Virus record (IMG/VR): IMGVR_UViG_3300012000_002192
Location: 58,436-78,435 of that record
Length of the DNA: 20,000 bases
Strand: one strand, 5' to 3'
Source of the DNA: an uncultured virus (IMG/VR IMGVR_UViG_3300012000_002192)
Taxonomy: Duplodnaviria > Heunggongvirae > Uroviricota > Caudoviricetes
The notes beneath the pieces are model-generated. The model was not told the DNA's origin and made no database searches. It saw only the letters and a list, made by a program, of their open reading frames with translations. The position numbers and the translations under genes are program-made. Positions 1 through 9,039 of the stretch are shown here, piece by piece (position 1 is the stretch's first letter; the number at the start of each line of letters is the position of its first letter).

Positions 1-17
1 AAATAAAGTAATGGAAT

Positions 18-1064
18 ATGAAAAATAATGTCGATAGTCAATATTTTAGACTAATTAAACACATACTTGAAAATGGGGTGTTAAAGTCTGATAGAACAGG
101 AACAGGAACATTATCTGTATTTGATTGGACTATGAGATTTGATATGTCTGATGGATTTCCGCTTTTAACATCAAAAAAAATGTTTATTAAAGGAATCATT
201 CATGAACTAATTTGGTTTTTACGTGGAGACACCAACATTAAATATTTAGTTGACAACGGAGTCAATATTTGGACCGGTGATGCCTACAAAAGATATAAAA
301 ATTCTTTTGATGCAAATTCTGTCTCTCTTAGTAAAGAAGAGTTTTCTGATAAGATTAAAAATGACGATGATTTTTCAAACCAGTGGGGAGACTTGGGGCC
401 CGTTTATGGTAGGCAATGGAGAAAAGTAAAAACTGATAAATTTACTAGTTTTTATAACAAGTGGGGATATGAAGATGAAAAACCGGTTTATATCGATCAG
501 ATTTCTGATTTGATATGGCAATTAAAAAACACGCCGGATTCCAGAAGACTGATGGTTTCTGCTTGGAACGTGGGTGAATTATCAGATATGTTGCTTCCAC
601 CGTGTCATTTTGGATTTCAATGTTATACATCTGAACTAACTCTAGAACAAAGAATTAAATGGTGGTGTGATTCACTAGGTAAACATATATCATATGGAGA
701 TGATTTAAATTTGGAGAAATTGGATGAACTGGGAGTTCCAAAAAGAAAGCTGGACTTAAAATGGTTCCAGCGTTCGGTGGATACATTTTTAGGTCTACCA
801 TTTAATATATCTTCATATGGTTTACTTTTACACCTTTTAGCAAAAGAGGTTAATATGATTGCCGGGGATTTAATTTTTAATGGCGGAGATTGCCATATCT
901 ACCTAAATCACATTGAACAGTGTAAGACTCAGATGAAACAGAAAACTTTCCAACTACCAAAATTGGAGTTAAGGGGTGCATCAATTTTTGAGTTAACTTA
1001 CGAAGACATTAAAATTTCCAATTATCAATCATCTGATTCGATAAAGGCTGAATTGTCAAATTAA
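18..1064 (+). CDS. thyA: Thymidylate synthase (ThyA type) with several insertions
   Basis: DRTGTGT, FPLLTSKK, ELIWFLRG, DLGPVYGRQWR, PDSRRLMVSAWN, catalytic LPPCH, QRSVDTFLGLPFNISSY, GDCHIYLNH. Confidence 0.97.
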   Translation: MKNNVDSQYFRLIKHILENGVLKSDRTGTGTLSVFDWTMRFDMSDGFPLLTSKKMFIKGIIHELIWFLRGDTNIKYLVDNGVNIWTGDAYKRYKNSFDANSVSLSKEEFSDKIKNDDDFSNQWGDLGPVYGRQWRKVKTDKFTSFYNKWGYEDEKPVYIDQISDLIWQLKNTPDSRRLMVSAWNVGELSDMLLPPCHFGFQCYTSELTLEQRIKWWCDSLGKHISYGDDLNLEKLDELGVPKRKLDLKWFQRSVDTFLGLPFNISSYGLLLHLLAKEVNMIAGDLIFNGGDCHIYLNHIEQCKTQMKQKTFQLPKLELRGASIFELTYEDIKISNYQSSDSIKAELSN

Positions 1065-1080
1065 AAATAAAAATAAAATT

Positions 1081-1569
1081 ATGAATTTAGTAAAATCAGA
1101 TTACAGACAACAACTGGTAGATATTATCAGAAAAATTGACACAAACGATATTTCAGACGATGTCGAAGTTATTGCAACATCCAAAGTAGTTGATGAACAA
1201 AAGGTCTATATTTGGATTCGGTTACACCTCAATCAAGAAAACAATAATACCCTACCTGGAGACGATGTTGAGATTAAATGGACTCCTTCTGGTGAGACAT
1301 TGACCACTAAATTTGTTTGTTTTGGAAAGAGTGGTTTAGAAAGAGACCATTTGGGTCAAGTGACTAATTATAACCCTGATGATGATAGAAGAATTCTTTG
1401 CCTTATGGTAGATGAAAACGAGATTAATTTCTCTAACGACATTCCTTTTATAAGAACTCTATTTAAAACAGGAAGACATTACGACTATCAGTTGGTTAAG
1501 AGGGCAGAACTTCTTTTTGTTAATAAAAAAAATCAGCAAGTCTTAGATTATTTTGATTGTGATTTTTGA
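1081..1569 (+). CDS. Hypothetical protein (162 aa)
   Basis: Intact ORF 16 nt after thyA with an A-rich leader; no motif recognised. Confidence 0.8.
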   Translation: MNLVKSDYRQQLVDIIRKIDTNDISDDVEVIATSKVVDEQKVYIWIRLHLNQENNNTLPGDDVEIKWTPSGETLTTKFVCFGKSGLERDHLGQVTNYNPDDDRRILCLMVDENEINFSNDIPFIRTLFKTGRHYDYQLVKRAELLFVNKKNQQVLDYFDCDF

Positions 1570-1570
1570 T

Positions 1571-2002
1571 TTACTTTAAGAATTGCTTGTCAAACTCTGT
1601 CAGTGAATCCATTCCTTTCTCTAATATTTTATCTAAAATAACATCACAGTTGCACATTTGTAATTTGAAATTAGTCATTAAATCCTGAATTTTCTGACTA
1701 ACTGACTGACCAGATTGGTCAAAAAAATCCAAACAAATAGCATTATCGAAAAGAACATCCTGTGAGTGGTCAACCACTTTTAAAATTTTACAACCAATAG
1801 TGTCGACGAGGCTTTCAAAGATTTCGTATTCTAAGTCGCTTACAATCATCATAATTGACTGTTTTTCGTTGAAGACAAATTCAACAGAATCAACTTTTGA
1901 AATAGATACTAATTTCCATCTATCAAAATTTTTAATTTTATTGTTGATTTTGATATCAACCACTTCTGGTGAATTGTTTAAGAGGACTTCTAAAAATTTC
2001 AT
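1571..2002 (-). CDS. Hypothetical protein with C-terminal DUF6576-like motif
   Basis: C-terminus DVILDKILEKGMDSLTEFDKQFLK resembles from memory the D-x-ILDKI-x-x-x-G-x-x-SLT-x-x-E/D-K-x-FL tail of Bacteroidota rhomboid-family proteins; a Bacteroidota-type promoter lies directly upstream. Confidence 0.7.
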   Translation of the reverse strand: MKFLEVLLNNSPEVVDIKINNKIKNFDRWKLVSISKVDSVEFVFNEKQSIMMIVSDLEYEIFESLVDTIGCKILKVVDHSQDVLFDNAICLDFFDQSGQSVSQKIQDLMTNFKLQMCNCDVILDKILEKGMDSLTEFDKQFLK

Positions 2003-2006
2003 ATCA

Positions 2007-2036
2007 CAAATATAATCATTTTTTTTATTAAAACAA
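2007..2036 (-). promoter_or_regulatory. Bacteroidota-type primary-sigma promoter (-33 TTG, -7 TAnnTTTG)
   Basis: Minus strand reads TTG (2036-2034), 19 nt, TATATTTG (2014-2007), 4 nt before the ATG at 2002. Confidence 0.55.
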
Positions 2037-2083
2037 TAACAATCGTCTAATTTATTTATATAAAAAATAAAAAATTAATAAAC

Positions 2084-3610
2084 GTGCTAGTTGAGACGCA
2101 ATATTTACCAAATAGTAAAAAGTTAGTAGTCAGTTTTGTTGACAAAAGCGGGGATATTAAGTTAAAGTATTTCAATTGGGACAATCCTATGAAGTACGTC
2201 TCATGCGAGGATACTGATCCACAAAAACACCCCCAATTTAGATCCTGGGATGGAAAATCGGTAAAGCAGATAGAAGTCTCACAGCCTGATAGATATGCTG
2301 TCTATGAATTTTTAGATTCGCTACCAGAAGAAGAAACATCTGAAATTTTTGAATTCAACTTGCCAAAAATTTATTTTATTGATATTGAAACTGAGATTAT
2401 AGATGGATTTCCTGAAGCGGCTGACGTTAAAGACGCAGCGGGAAATGTGGTTAAAGAGGGGGCTATTACTCAAGTATTGTCAATATCCATAGTTTATGAA
2501 GATAAAATTATTTTGCTTGGTCTAAAAGATATGCCTGATGATATGCAAAATAGAATTATCACCAACACTAACAAATATTTTGAAAAGTTTGGAACAGAAT
2601 ATAAATTCAAGTATGTAAAATATGAAGATGAGTTCGAGATGTTGCATGCCTTTTTTTACAAAATGGTTCCAAAAATGCCGCTTCTAACTGGTTGGAACTT
2701 TATAAATTATGACTGGGTCTACCTTGTTAATAGGGCCAGAAAAATATCTAAATGGGTCAATGGTAGAGAATATACTATAAATCCGGCCGTTTCTTCATTT
2801 ACTAAAAGAATTACTAAAATGTGGGGTAACGAATGTGAGGTTCCTGCGCATAGAATGATATTCGATTACATGCAACTTTATGAAATTTGCGACACATCAA
2901 TTAAAGTTAAAGAATCATCGTCATTGGATTTCGTGTCACATAAATTAGTGGGAGTTGAAAAAATTAAATATACTGGTTCGCTTCAAAAACTATATGAAGA
3001 TGATTTCGAGACGTTTATGTATTATAACGCAGTTGACTCGGTGTTGGTTCAAAAAATCCACGAGTCTAGAAATTATATTTCCATAATCTATGCGATTTCT
3101 TCGCTGGCTAAAATTCGAATAGTTGATGTTGTTTCTCAAATGAACAACGCACTTGGTTCTTTAGCCATCACAGAAGGAGTTTTAAGAAATAAGTTTAGAA
3201 AAATGGATAATATTGTTCTTTTCCGTGATGAAAAGGGTGATGCTGAATCAACAATTGCCGGTGGGTGGGTTAAAGACCCTGTTGTTGGTATGAACCAGTG
3301 GGTTGTTACTTATGACTTTGCATCACTTTATCCTACAACGCAAAGACAGTTTTTTATTGCTCCTGAGACTTTTGTTGGTCTCCAAGATGAAAAAGATAAA
3401 ACTAAATGCACAAATGGTAGACCTATCGATAGTGAAAAACATGTGCTTTGTGTGAACGGTGTTGTATTTGAAAAAAGAAAATCCCCAACTCTAAGAATGC
3501 TTGAAGATGTTTATGCTGATAGAAAAAAGAATAAAAAAATTATGATGCAAAAAAAAGAAGAGTTGAAAGAAGTTCAGGATCAGATAAAAAAATTAGAATC
3601 CGAAATTTAA
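2084..3610 (+). CDS. Family-B DNA polymerase, N-terminal subunit (3'-5' exonuclease plus palm motif A; lacks motifs B and C)
   Basis: GTG start; ExoI FIDIETE, ExoII GWNFINYDWVYL, ExoIII YYNAVDS, AGGWVKDP and motif A YDFASLYPT; ends after DRKKNKK in a charged helix with no KxxxNSxYG or YxDTDS. Confidence 0.92.
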   Translation: MLVETQYLPNSKKLVVSFVDKSGDIKLKYFNWDNPMKYVSCEDTDPQKHPQFRSWDGKSVKQIEVSQPDRYAVYEFLDSLPEEETSEIFEFNLPKIYFIDIETEIIDGFPEAADVKDAAGNVVKEGAITQVLSISIVYEDKIILLGLKDMPDDMQNRIITNTNKYFEKFGTEYKFKYVKYEDEFEMLHAFFYKMVPKMPLLTGWNFINYDWVYLVNRARKISKWVNGREYTINPAVSSFTKRITKMWGNECEVPAHRMIFDYMQLYEICDTSIKVKESSSLDFVSHKLVGVEKIKYTGSLQKLYEDDFETFMYYNAVDSVLVQKIHESRNYISIIYAISSLAKIRIVDVVSQMNNALGSLAITEGVLRNKFRKMDNIVLFRDEKGDAESTIAGGWVKDPVVGMNQWVVTYDFASLYPTTQRQFFIAPETFVGLQDEKDKTKCTNGRPIDSEKHVLCVNGVVFEKRKSPTLRMLEDVYADRKKNKKIMMQKKEELKEVQDQIKKLESEI

Positions 3611-3664
3611 TAAAAAAAGAATTAGGAGTTAATATATAGATTGTATAAAAATACAATTTATTTT

Positions 3665-5305
3665 ATGAAAGTTAAAAATTATTCCAACTACTCTAAATTA
3701 TATGAGTCTAAATTAATAGAAAGTAGATTCTTATCTGAGGAAAATATTTCTGTTGAAGATATAATCAAACCTATCGAGGGATTAATTACCGAAGAGCTTA
3801 TTGGTAAGTGGTTAAAGGACAAATACCAAAAAGGAAAAGCCGCTGTAAAATCAGTTATTAGGGGTGTCGGAGATGTTATTTCAAGAGTATTTAATGGAGT
3901 TGTTAATTTCTTCAAAAACTTTTCAATTAAAAAGTTAATTTCAGCCGTTTCTCAAAAAATCAAAGAAATAGGATCTGGCATGTTTCAAAAGGTAAAAGAC
4001 CTCCTAAGTGGATTTAGCGATTTTATTGTAAGAAATGGACTTTGTGATGAAAATAACCGACCTAATTTCAAAAATATCTGGGCATACCTTTGTAGGAGTG
4101 CAAAAAATTTAGTGGATTGGTCTAAAGAAGGATTTAGTGAAGATAAACTTCAACAAGTGGGGAATAATGTTAGGATTTCAGAATCTGCTAACGACATAGG
4201 TGATGATGAAATACACCATTATGGCATGTTTGAAAAACTGGCTTATGCATTAGGAATCAAAAATGCTAGATTTAACGGAGTGGTTTCACAGATTGTAAAA
4301 AAAGGAACCATTGGTTTAATCATTATGGGCATCCTAAAATTAGCCGGTATTTCATTAGCTGGTGTGTTGGCCGGGATGAGTCCAATTTTGATGGCAGCAA
4401 TTGGTGGTATGTTACTTATGGCCGGCTTAATTATATTGGCTATTTGGATATGTAAGCCTTATCCAACGGTTGAGGATTGTCTGGCGTATCTGGGTAACTA
4501 TTTTTCCAATAAATCTAAAGAAGAATACATATCATCTGATGACATTGAAGAAATTTCTAATGATTTTGAAGAGGTTATTGACGAAAAACCAAAAGTTGAT
4601 TCTCAATCATTGAAGTCTATTTATCCAGAAATGATTAAAAATCTACAATCTCTTAAAAGTATGATTATTTCTTTTGGTGGCGTTGGATTAGAAAATGACG
4701 AATTATCTAAATCACAGGGTATTAAATCAAAGTCTAATAAAGTTACAGCAAAAAATATGTCTGTAGTTGGGGAGTCCATTAAAAGTTTTGCAATTTTTGA
4801 AAAAGAATTTTCAAAACAACCAAGAAAGGTAACAATTACTGCTGCTGAAGACTATCTTGTTCAAGCTTACAAGAATATCCAAAAATCTATGAATAATATA
4901 GTTGACCAAAAAGATAAAGGAATTGGAGTAACAGAACAGTTTATAGATGATATACTTCAGAAAAAATTAGATAGTCCTTCTAAGGATGTTATCAAATCAC
5001 TATATAATGATATCTACGAACACCTTTATGGTAAATACTCTAAAACACTGCCTGATTTTGGTCCTTTATATAAAGAAAGTATTGACATCATATCTGATAA
5101 AAATAAGAGAAAGGTAGTGGCTGAAAAAATGGCTCGACTGGCAAAAAGAACTCTACAATTCGAAGGTGAAAACATGTATTCAGCACTTGGAGAATTTGGA
5201 GCCGATATGAAAGACTTCAATACCTCACTTAAAAAAATAATGGAGTATTACAAAAGTCAAGATTCGGTGAGTGAAATGTTTTCATTTAAAAAATTTACAA
5301 AATAA
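3665..5305 (+). CDS. Large hypothetical protein with a hydrophobic hairpin; candidate internal virion protein
   Basis: ATG at 3665 preferred to TTG at 3641 because TAATATATA lies at 3630-3638; leader MKVKNYSNYSKLYES; long Gly/Ala-rich hydrophobic stretch GTIGLIIMG...LIILAIWI. Confidence 0.7.
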   Translation: MKVKNYSNYSKLYESKLIESRFLSEENISVEDIIKPIEGLITEELIGKWLKDKYQKGKAAVKSVIRGVGDVISRVFNGVVNFFKNFSIKKLISAVSQKIKEIGSGMFQKVKDLLSGFSDFIVRNGLCDENNRPNFKNIWAYLCRSAKNLVDWSKEGFSEDKLQQVGNNVRISESANDIGDDEIHHYGMFEKLAYALGIKNARFNGVVSQIVKKGTIGLIIMGILKLAGISLAGVLAGMSPILMAAIGGMLLMAGLIILAIWICKPYPTVEDCLAYLGNYFSNKSKEEYISSDDIEEISNDFEEVIDEKPKVDSQSLKSIYPEMIKNLQSLKSMIISFGGVGLENDELSKSQGIKSKSNKVTAKNMSVVGESIKSFAIFEKEFSKQPRKVTITAAEDYLVQAYKNIQKSMNNIVDQKDKGIGVTEQFIDDILQKKLDSPSKDVIKSLYNDIYEHLYGKYSKTLPDFGPLYKESIDIISDKNKRKVVAEKMARLAKRTLQFEGENMYSALGEFGADMKDFNTSLKKIMEYYKSQDSVSEMFSFKKFTK

Positions 5306-5306
5306 T

Positions 5307-5945
5307 ATGAACAGAATAATCAAGTTTGATGAATTTACCACTGAGGGATTGGCTTCTTTTGGAGCAAAGATGAGAAGAACAGTTACTGGTCAATCTGCTG
5401 GTGATGAATTAGATAAACTTCCTCAGAGTGATTTGACTAAATTGAGAAATCTTTATATTCAAGATCCTACTGAAGCTGCAAAATATCTAAGAAGTATAAT
5501 TATTAGAGAAAAAAATAACCAATTTGGTATTGGATTGGCACTAACGGTTGCCGGGGCGGCTTTAATTTACAAAGCTTTTACTACCGAGCCTCCGGTTCCG
5601 AAACCAGATGTAAAAGGCAGGTGGGTTGAATTTAAACCAGGAGAAGGAGAGACCCAATTTTTGAATAGACAATTTGGGTCAGATTTAGGACCTGATTCTA
5701 AATTGAGTGATTTCACTGATGTGGTTGCTCAAAAAATGGGAAATGGTAGTTATGAAGAAGGTTGTCAAAATTTAGTAGCTGGTCTGAAAACTGGTGGTGA
5801 AAAAGAAACCGTTCTTGCAAATCTGTTGAAACTTCAAAATATGGACCAATCAGCTCCACTTGGTGACGTATTTAGTGGAGAACTTGGACCACATGGTGGT
5901 TTAGCTTGGGGTGACTTGGGTGGTGAAGTTTTTATACCAGAATAG
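5307..5945 (+). CDS. Hypothetical protein with one TM-like segment and Pro-rich linker; candidate internal virion protein
   Basis: ATG at 5307, 1 nt after the upstream stop, gives MNRIIKFDEFTTEG; FGIGLALTVAGAALIY followed by EPPVPKP. Confidence 0.7.
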   Translation: MNRIIKFDEFTTEGLASFGAKMRRTVTGQSAGDELDKLPQSDLTKLRNLYIQDPTEAAKYLRSIIIREKNNQFGIGLALTVAGAALIYKAFTTEPPVPKPDVKGRWVEFKPGEGETQFLNRQFGSDLGPDSKLSDFTDVVAQKMGNGSYEEGCQNLVAGLKTGGEKETVLANLLKLQNMDQSAPLGDVFSGELGPHGGLAWGDLGGEVFIPE

Positions 5946-5954
5946 ATAAAATAT

Positions 5955-5985
5955 TTTGATAAGTTATTTTTTTTAATTATATTTG
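5955..5985 (+). promoter_or_regulatory. Bacteroidota-type primary-sigma promoter
   Basis: TTTG (5955-5958), 19 nt, TATATTTG (5978-5985), upstream of the GTG at 6000. Confidence 0.7.
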
Positions 5986-5999
5986 TTAAAATCTTTTAA

Positions 6000-6545
6000 G
6001 TGAAAAAAATACTTATACTTTTAGCGGTCATTTTCTCTATTTATATCATTTTTATAAAAGATGAAATCGAAAAAAAACTAATTCCTGATATTGTTTTAGT
6101 TAGTCTAAATTCTACCGGTGGTTCACATCTTGATACACTTCAAAAAAAACTGAAAAAACTTGGATTTATCTGCACAATAGATAGTCCAAAGTTTACAGAT
6201 TATAATAATTTTCTCTATTTACCATCCGAAGCTCAAATGGAGTTTGGAAATGACACATTCTTTTATTATGACAGTGACGAGCCAATTACAGTTTATGTTA
6301 CCAACTCAGAGTTGGTGGACAACGGAGTTGGCATTCGGGGAATATGCTACGGTAATCAAATTTACGCACATAACAGTGAGAAACTTTGTGAAACAACTGT
6401 TCATGAAATCTTACACAGTTTTGGCTTAGAACATTGCAATAATAGGTGTATTATGAACTCTTCATCGGAATTTAGATGGAATGAAAAAACGGATAAACCC
6501 CTATTGTGTAGTGATTGCCTTTCTAAAACACCTTTACGGTTTTAA
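6000..6545 (+). CDS. Membrane-anchored or exported zinc metallopeptidase, archaemetzincin (M54)-like
   Basis: HEILHSFGLEH (HExxHxxGxxH) followed by CNNRCIMN (Met-turn) and C-terminal LCSDC; N-terminal MKKILILLAVIFSIYIIFI. Confidence 0.8.
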   Translation: MKKILILLAVIFSIYIIFIKDEIEKKLIPDIVLVSLNSTGGSHLDTLQKKLKKLGFICTIDSPKFTDYNNFLYLPSEAQMEFGNDTFFYYDSDEPITVYVTNSELVDNGVGIRGICYGNQIYAHNSEKLCETTVHEILHSFGLEHCNNRCIMNSSSEFRWNEKTDKPLLCSDCLSKTPLRF

Positions 6546-7176
6546 ATATTAACTGTGGCATTTTTTCAGAAACAACTCTTTTTGAGTCTCTTAGATACTT
6601 TGAGTTATCGTCATAAAAAATTACTTCATTGAATTTGAATTTTTTACTAATCTCACATATTTTTTCACCTTTCCACACACCGGCTCTAACTCTTCCATCC
6701 GGACACATCCAAAGGCCAAATTTTGGATATTCTAACCCAGAATTTTTTAAAACCGTTTCTATTTTATCTCTCATACTTTCTGGTCTAGCGGTAATGATGC
6801 ATTTATTTTCTACTTCTTTATAAATTTTGGATATATTTTTAAGTCCTGTTGGTAGACTTTCATCTAAGTAAGTAAATTTATCGGGTTGAACTAAATATAA
6901 TCTAGCGCCTTTTCTAACCCAGTTTTTTGTTTCAGAGAACACATTTAACGGGTCTTCTAAAAATATCCGACCATCTTGAGTTTTTAACTTTGATTTATTA
7001 TTGCCAATTTCAGAAAGAGCAATATCTACTAAATCCTTGACGGCGTTGTTTTCAAATATAAATTTTTTTGCAACATCTTCCCACTTTGGTGTTTCAAATA
7101 AAGTGTCATCAAAGTCAAATGCATGGAGTGTGTCTGAAACTTTATTGAATTCGTAGAATTTCTCAATTTTTGCCAT
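6523..7176 (-). CDS. HAD-superfamily phosphatase-like protein (Swiss Army Knife RNA-repair HAD-like)
   Basis: Motif I LHAFDFDDTLFETP, motif II IITAR, motif III WKG, motif IV IFYDDN; ATG at 7176 (the track uses TTG at 7179). Confidence 0.8.
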   Translation of the reverse strand: MAKIEKFYEFNKVSDTLHAFDFDDTLFETPKWEDVAKKFIFENNAVKDLVDIALSEIGNNKSKLKTQDGRIFLEDPLNVFSETKNWVRKGARLYLVQPDKFTYLDESLPTGLKNISKIYKEVENKCIITARPESMRDKIETVLKNSGLEYPKFGLWMCPDGRVRAGVWKGEKICEISKKFKFNEVIFYDDNSKYLRDSKRVVSEKMPQLIFKTVKVF

Positions 7177-7330
7177 CAATACATTCTTTTATTTCAAATT
7201 GTTCTACGCAAGTCATATAAATGTCTTCAACTTCTAAAGTTTTGAGACTTTCAGACGAGTCTATAGACCCATGTATATCACTTAGAGTTTTATAAATCAT
7301 AAATTCGTCATACTGTGGGACAAATTGCAT
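7163..7330 (-). CDS. Small hypothetical protein (55 aa), not in the ORF track
   Basis: Manual translation MQFVPQYDEFMIYKTLSDIHGSIDSSESLKTLEVEDIYMTCVEQFEIKECIDGKN*; follows a minus-strand TAATATATA (7358-7350) and overlaps the HAD start by 14 nt. Confidence 0.6.
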   Translation of the reverse strand: MQFVPQYDEFMIYKTLSDIHGSIDSSESLKTLEVEDIYMTCVEQFEIKECIDGKN

Positions 7331-7394
7331 AGGTAAAATCGATTTTTATTATATATTAAATTTTAAATTTTTTTAAATTATTTTAATAAAACAA

Positions 7395-8050
7395 AAAAAT
7401 CAGTTTTTAACTAAAATATATATGTTATAAAAAATAAAAAAAGATATGAAATACGTAAAAACTTTTGAATCACACTCTAAAGGCATGGAGGCGCAACAAT
7501 TACTTGATGCACCATCTGGTTTGACGCCGAATTCACCTGAAATAGAAAAAGCTACTCAAAATTTGGCTAAAAGCAGAGGACTAGACACAGACGAAGTCTT
7601 AGATGTCCAAGATGAAATTAAAATGATTCCAACAAAGACAAATGAAGAAGAAGAACCGTTCACATTGTTATCAGCTGCTATATTTGTAGCTGGAGCGGCA
7701 ATTATAACCGCTTGTGGATTTGGTAGCGCTGCATTGACTGCAAAGAAAGGTCTTAAGATGGTGGTTCAGGAAGAAGCTGAAAAGAGAGCGAAAGAAATAG
7801 TAGAGAAGAATCCAGAGGCTGCTAAAGATTTAGATTCGTTATCTCAGTCTATTTACGACAATTTAATGAAAGATAAAGAATTTATCAAAAAAGTGAAATC
7901 GGAATGGAGCAAGGATGCGTTAATAAACAAAGGTGGTACAAAAGGTGGCATTACCTTTGGAACTGCTGGTAGATACTAATCTAAAAATCAGTTTTTAACT
8001 AAAATATATAAGTTATAAAAAATAAAAAAAGATATGAAATACGTAAAAAC
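7395..8050 (+). repeat. 68-bp direct repeat (7395-7462 and 7983-8050) covering promoter, leader and first codons of two adjacent genes
   Basis: AAAAATCAGTTTTTAACTAAAATATATA(T/A)GTTATAAAAAATAAAAAAAGATATGAAATACGTAAAAAC, 67/68 identical, offset 588 nt. Confidence 0.95.
7446..7979 (+). CDS. MKYVKTFE-leader protein with hydrophobic segment; candidate internal virion protein
   Basis: Leader MKYVKTFES; TNEEEE followed by FTLLSAAIFVAGAAIITACGFGSAAL. Confidence 0.8.
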   Translation: MKYVKTFESHSKGMEAQQLLDAPSGLTPNSPEIEKATQNLAKSRGLDTDEVLDVQDEIKMIPTKTNEEEEPFTLLSAAIFVAGAAIITACGFGSAALTAKKGLKMVVQEEAEKRAKEIVEKNPEAAKDLDSLSQSIYDNLMKDKEFIKKVKSEWSKDALINKGGTKGGITFGTAGRY

Positions 8051-8705
8051 ATTCGAAAATTTCAACTATGAGCCAACAAATGAAGGTTTATTGTGGGGAG
8101 AAGGCTCCATATGGTCTAAATTAGGAAGTATGTGGAAAAACTGGAAAAGTAAAAAAATGCAACAGGGAGCAAAAATGTTCGAAGAAATTATTAAGAAAAA
8201 TCCTAAATTAAAAGAATATTGGGACAAAAATGTTCAACCCATGTTTGATAAACTAAATCCAAAGGATGTAGATGATTTATCAGCTAAAACTCAATCATTT
8301 AAAGGTGATGAGCCACCAGCGGATTTATCACAAACGGCTGAAGAATTAGTTAAAGTTCAAGCACAGGCAGAATCTCTTAGGGGTCATAAAGTTGGCACAA
8401 AAATTTACGAAGCATATTCACTAATTTTAGAAGAGATTGAAGATAAGAAAGTTTCAACTGCAAAAAGAATAATGAATTGGTTTGGAATTGGGGCTCAGTA
8501 TACTGGTGTTATTAGTTCACTTCTTGGTGCTATTCTTTATGCAGTAAATACTGGCCTTGTTGTTGCAACTGGAACAGGTCTGTCGATTATAGCAGGACCT
8601 CTTATGTTAGGAATGTTATTTGGCGGATTAGCTTTGGGAATCGCGGGTCTTATCGCTACAAAGGGAAAAACAAAAGGAGAACTTCGAGAAGAAGGAGGTC
8701 TTTAA
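8034..8705 (+). CDS. MKYVKTFE-leader protein with C-terminal Gly-rich hydrophobic hairpin; candidate internal virion protein
   Basis: Leader MKYVKTFENFNYEPTNEG; C-terminal stretch of about 60 Gly-rich hydrophobic residues. Confidence 0.8.
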   Translation: MKYVKTFENFNYEPTNEGLLWGEGSIWSKLGSMWKNWKSKKMQQGAKMFEEIIKKNPKLKEYWDKNVQPMFDKLNPKDVDDLSAKTQSFKGDEPPADLSQTAEELVKVQAQAESLRGHKVGTKIYEAYSLILEEIEDKKVSTAKRIMNWFGIGAQYTGVISSLLGAILYAVNTGLVVATGTGLSIIAGPLMLGMLFGGLALGIAGLIATKGKTKGELREEGGL

Positions 8706-8720
8706 TTTTTTATAAATTTG

Positions 8721-8758
8721 AAAAAAAAGAGGTGAAATTATTCACCTCTTTTTTTTTT
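8721..8758. terminator. Bidirectional intrinsic terminator
   Basis: A8-GAGGTGAA-atta-TTCACCTC-T10 hairpin between convergent genes. Confidence 0.85.
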
Positions 8759-9010
8759 CACTCTTTCCAATTCTTCAGCCATGTATTCTGGAGTCAATCC
8801 CGCTTTAACGAGAGCTCTCTCATTCAAGAAATAACAAGATACCAAAATAACCAATTGTAAAAACAGACCAATTGAACTAATTTGAAATACTAAGTTGAAA
8901 ATGTCTACAAACAAAGATAAAAGTTTCAAAAAAGAAAATACTATCAACACGAACACAATGTGATGAATAGATTTATAATATTTGAAGTAGAATATTGATA
9001 GATTTTTCAT
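8738..9010 (-). CDS. Small membrane protein (two TM-like segments)
   Basis: Two hydrophobic stretches and a charged C-terminal tail; has its own Bacteroidota-type promoter. Confidence 0.75.
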   Translation of the reverse strand: MKNLSIFYFKYYKSIHHIVFVLIVFSFLKLLSLFVDIFNLVFQISSIGLFLQLVILVSCYFLNERALVKAGLTPEYMAEELERVKKKRGE

Positions 9011-9039
9011 ATTTTTTGTGTTCTAAATGTTTATTTATA

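Noticed and set aside
5620..5945. LysM-like ends (VEFKPGEG ... GEVFIP) in the 5307 protein
   Set aside because: The spacing is far longer than a LysM domain and the resemblance is too weak.
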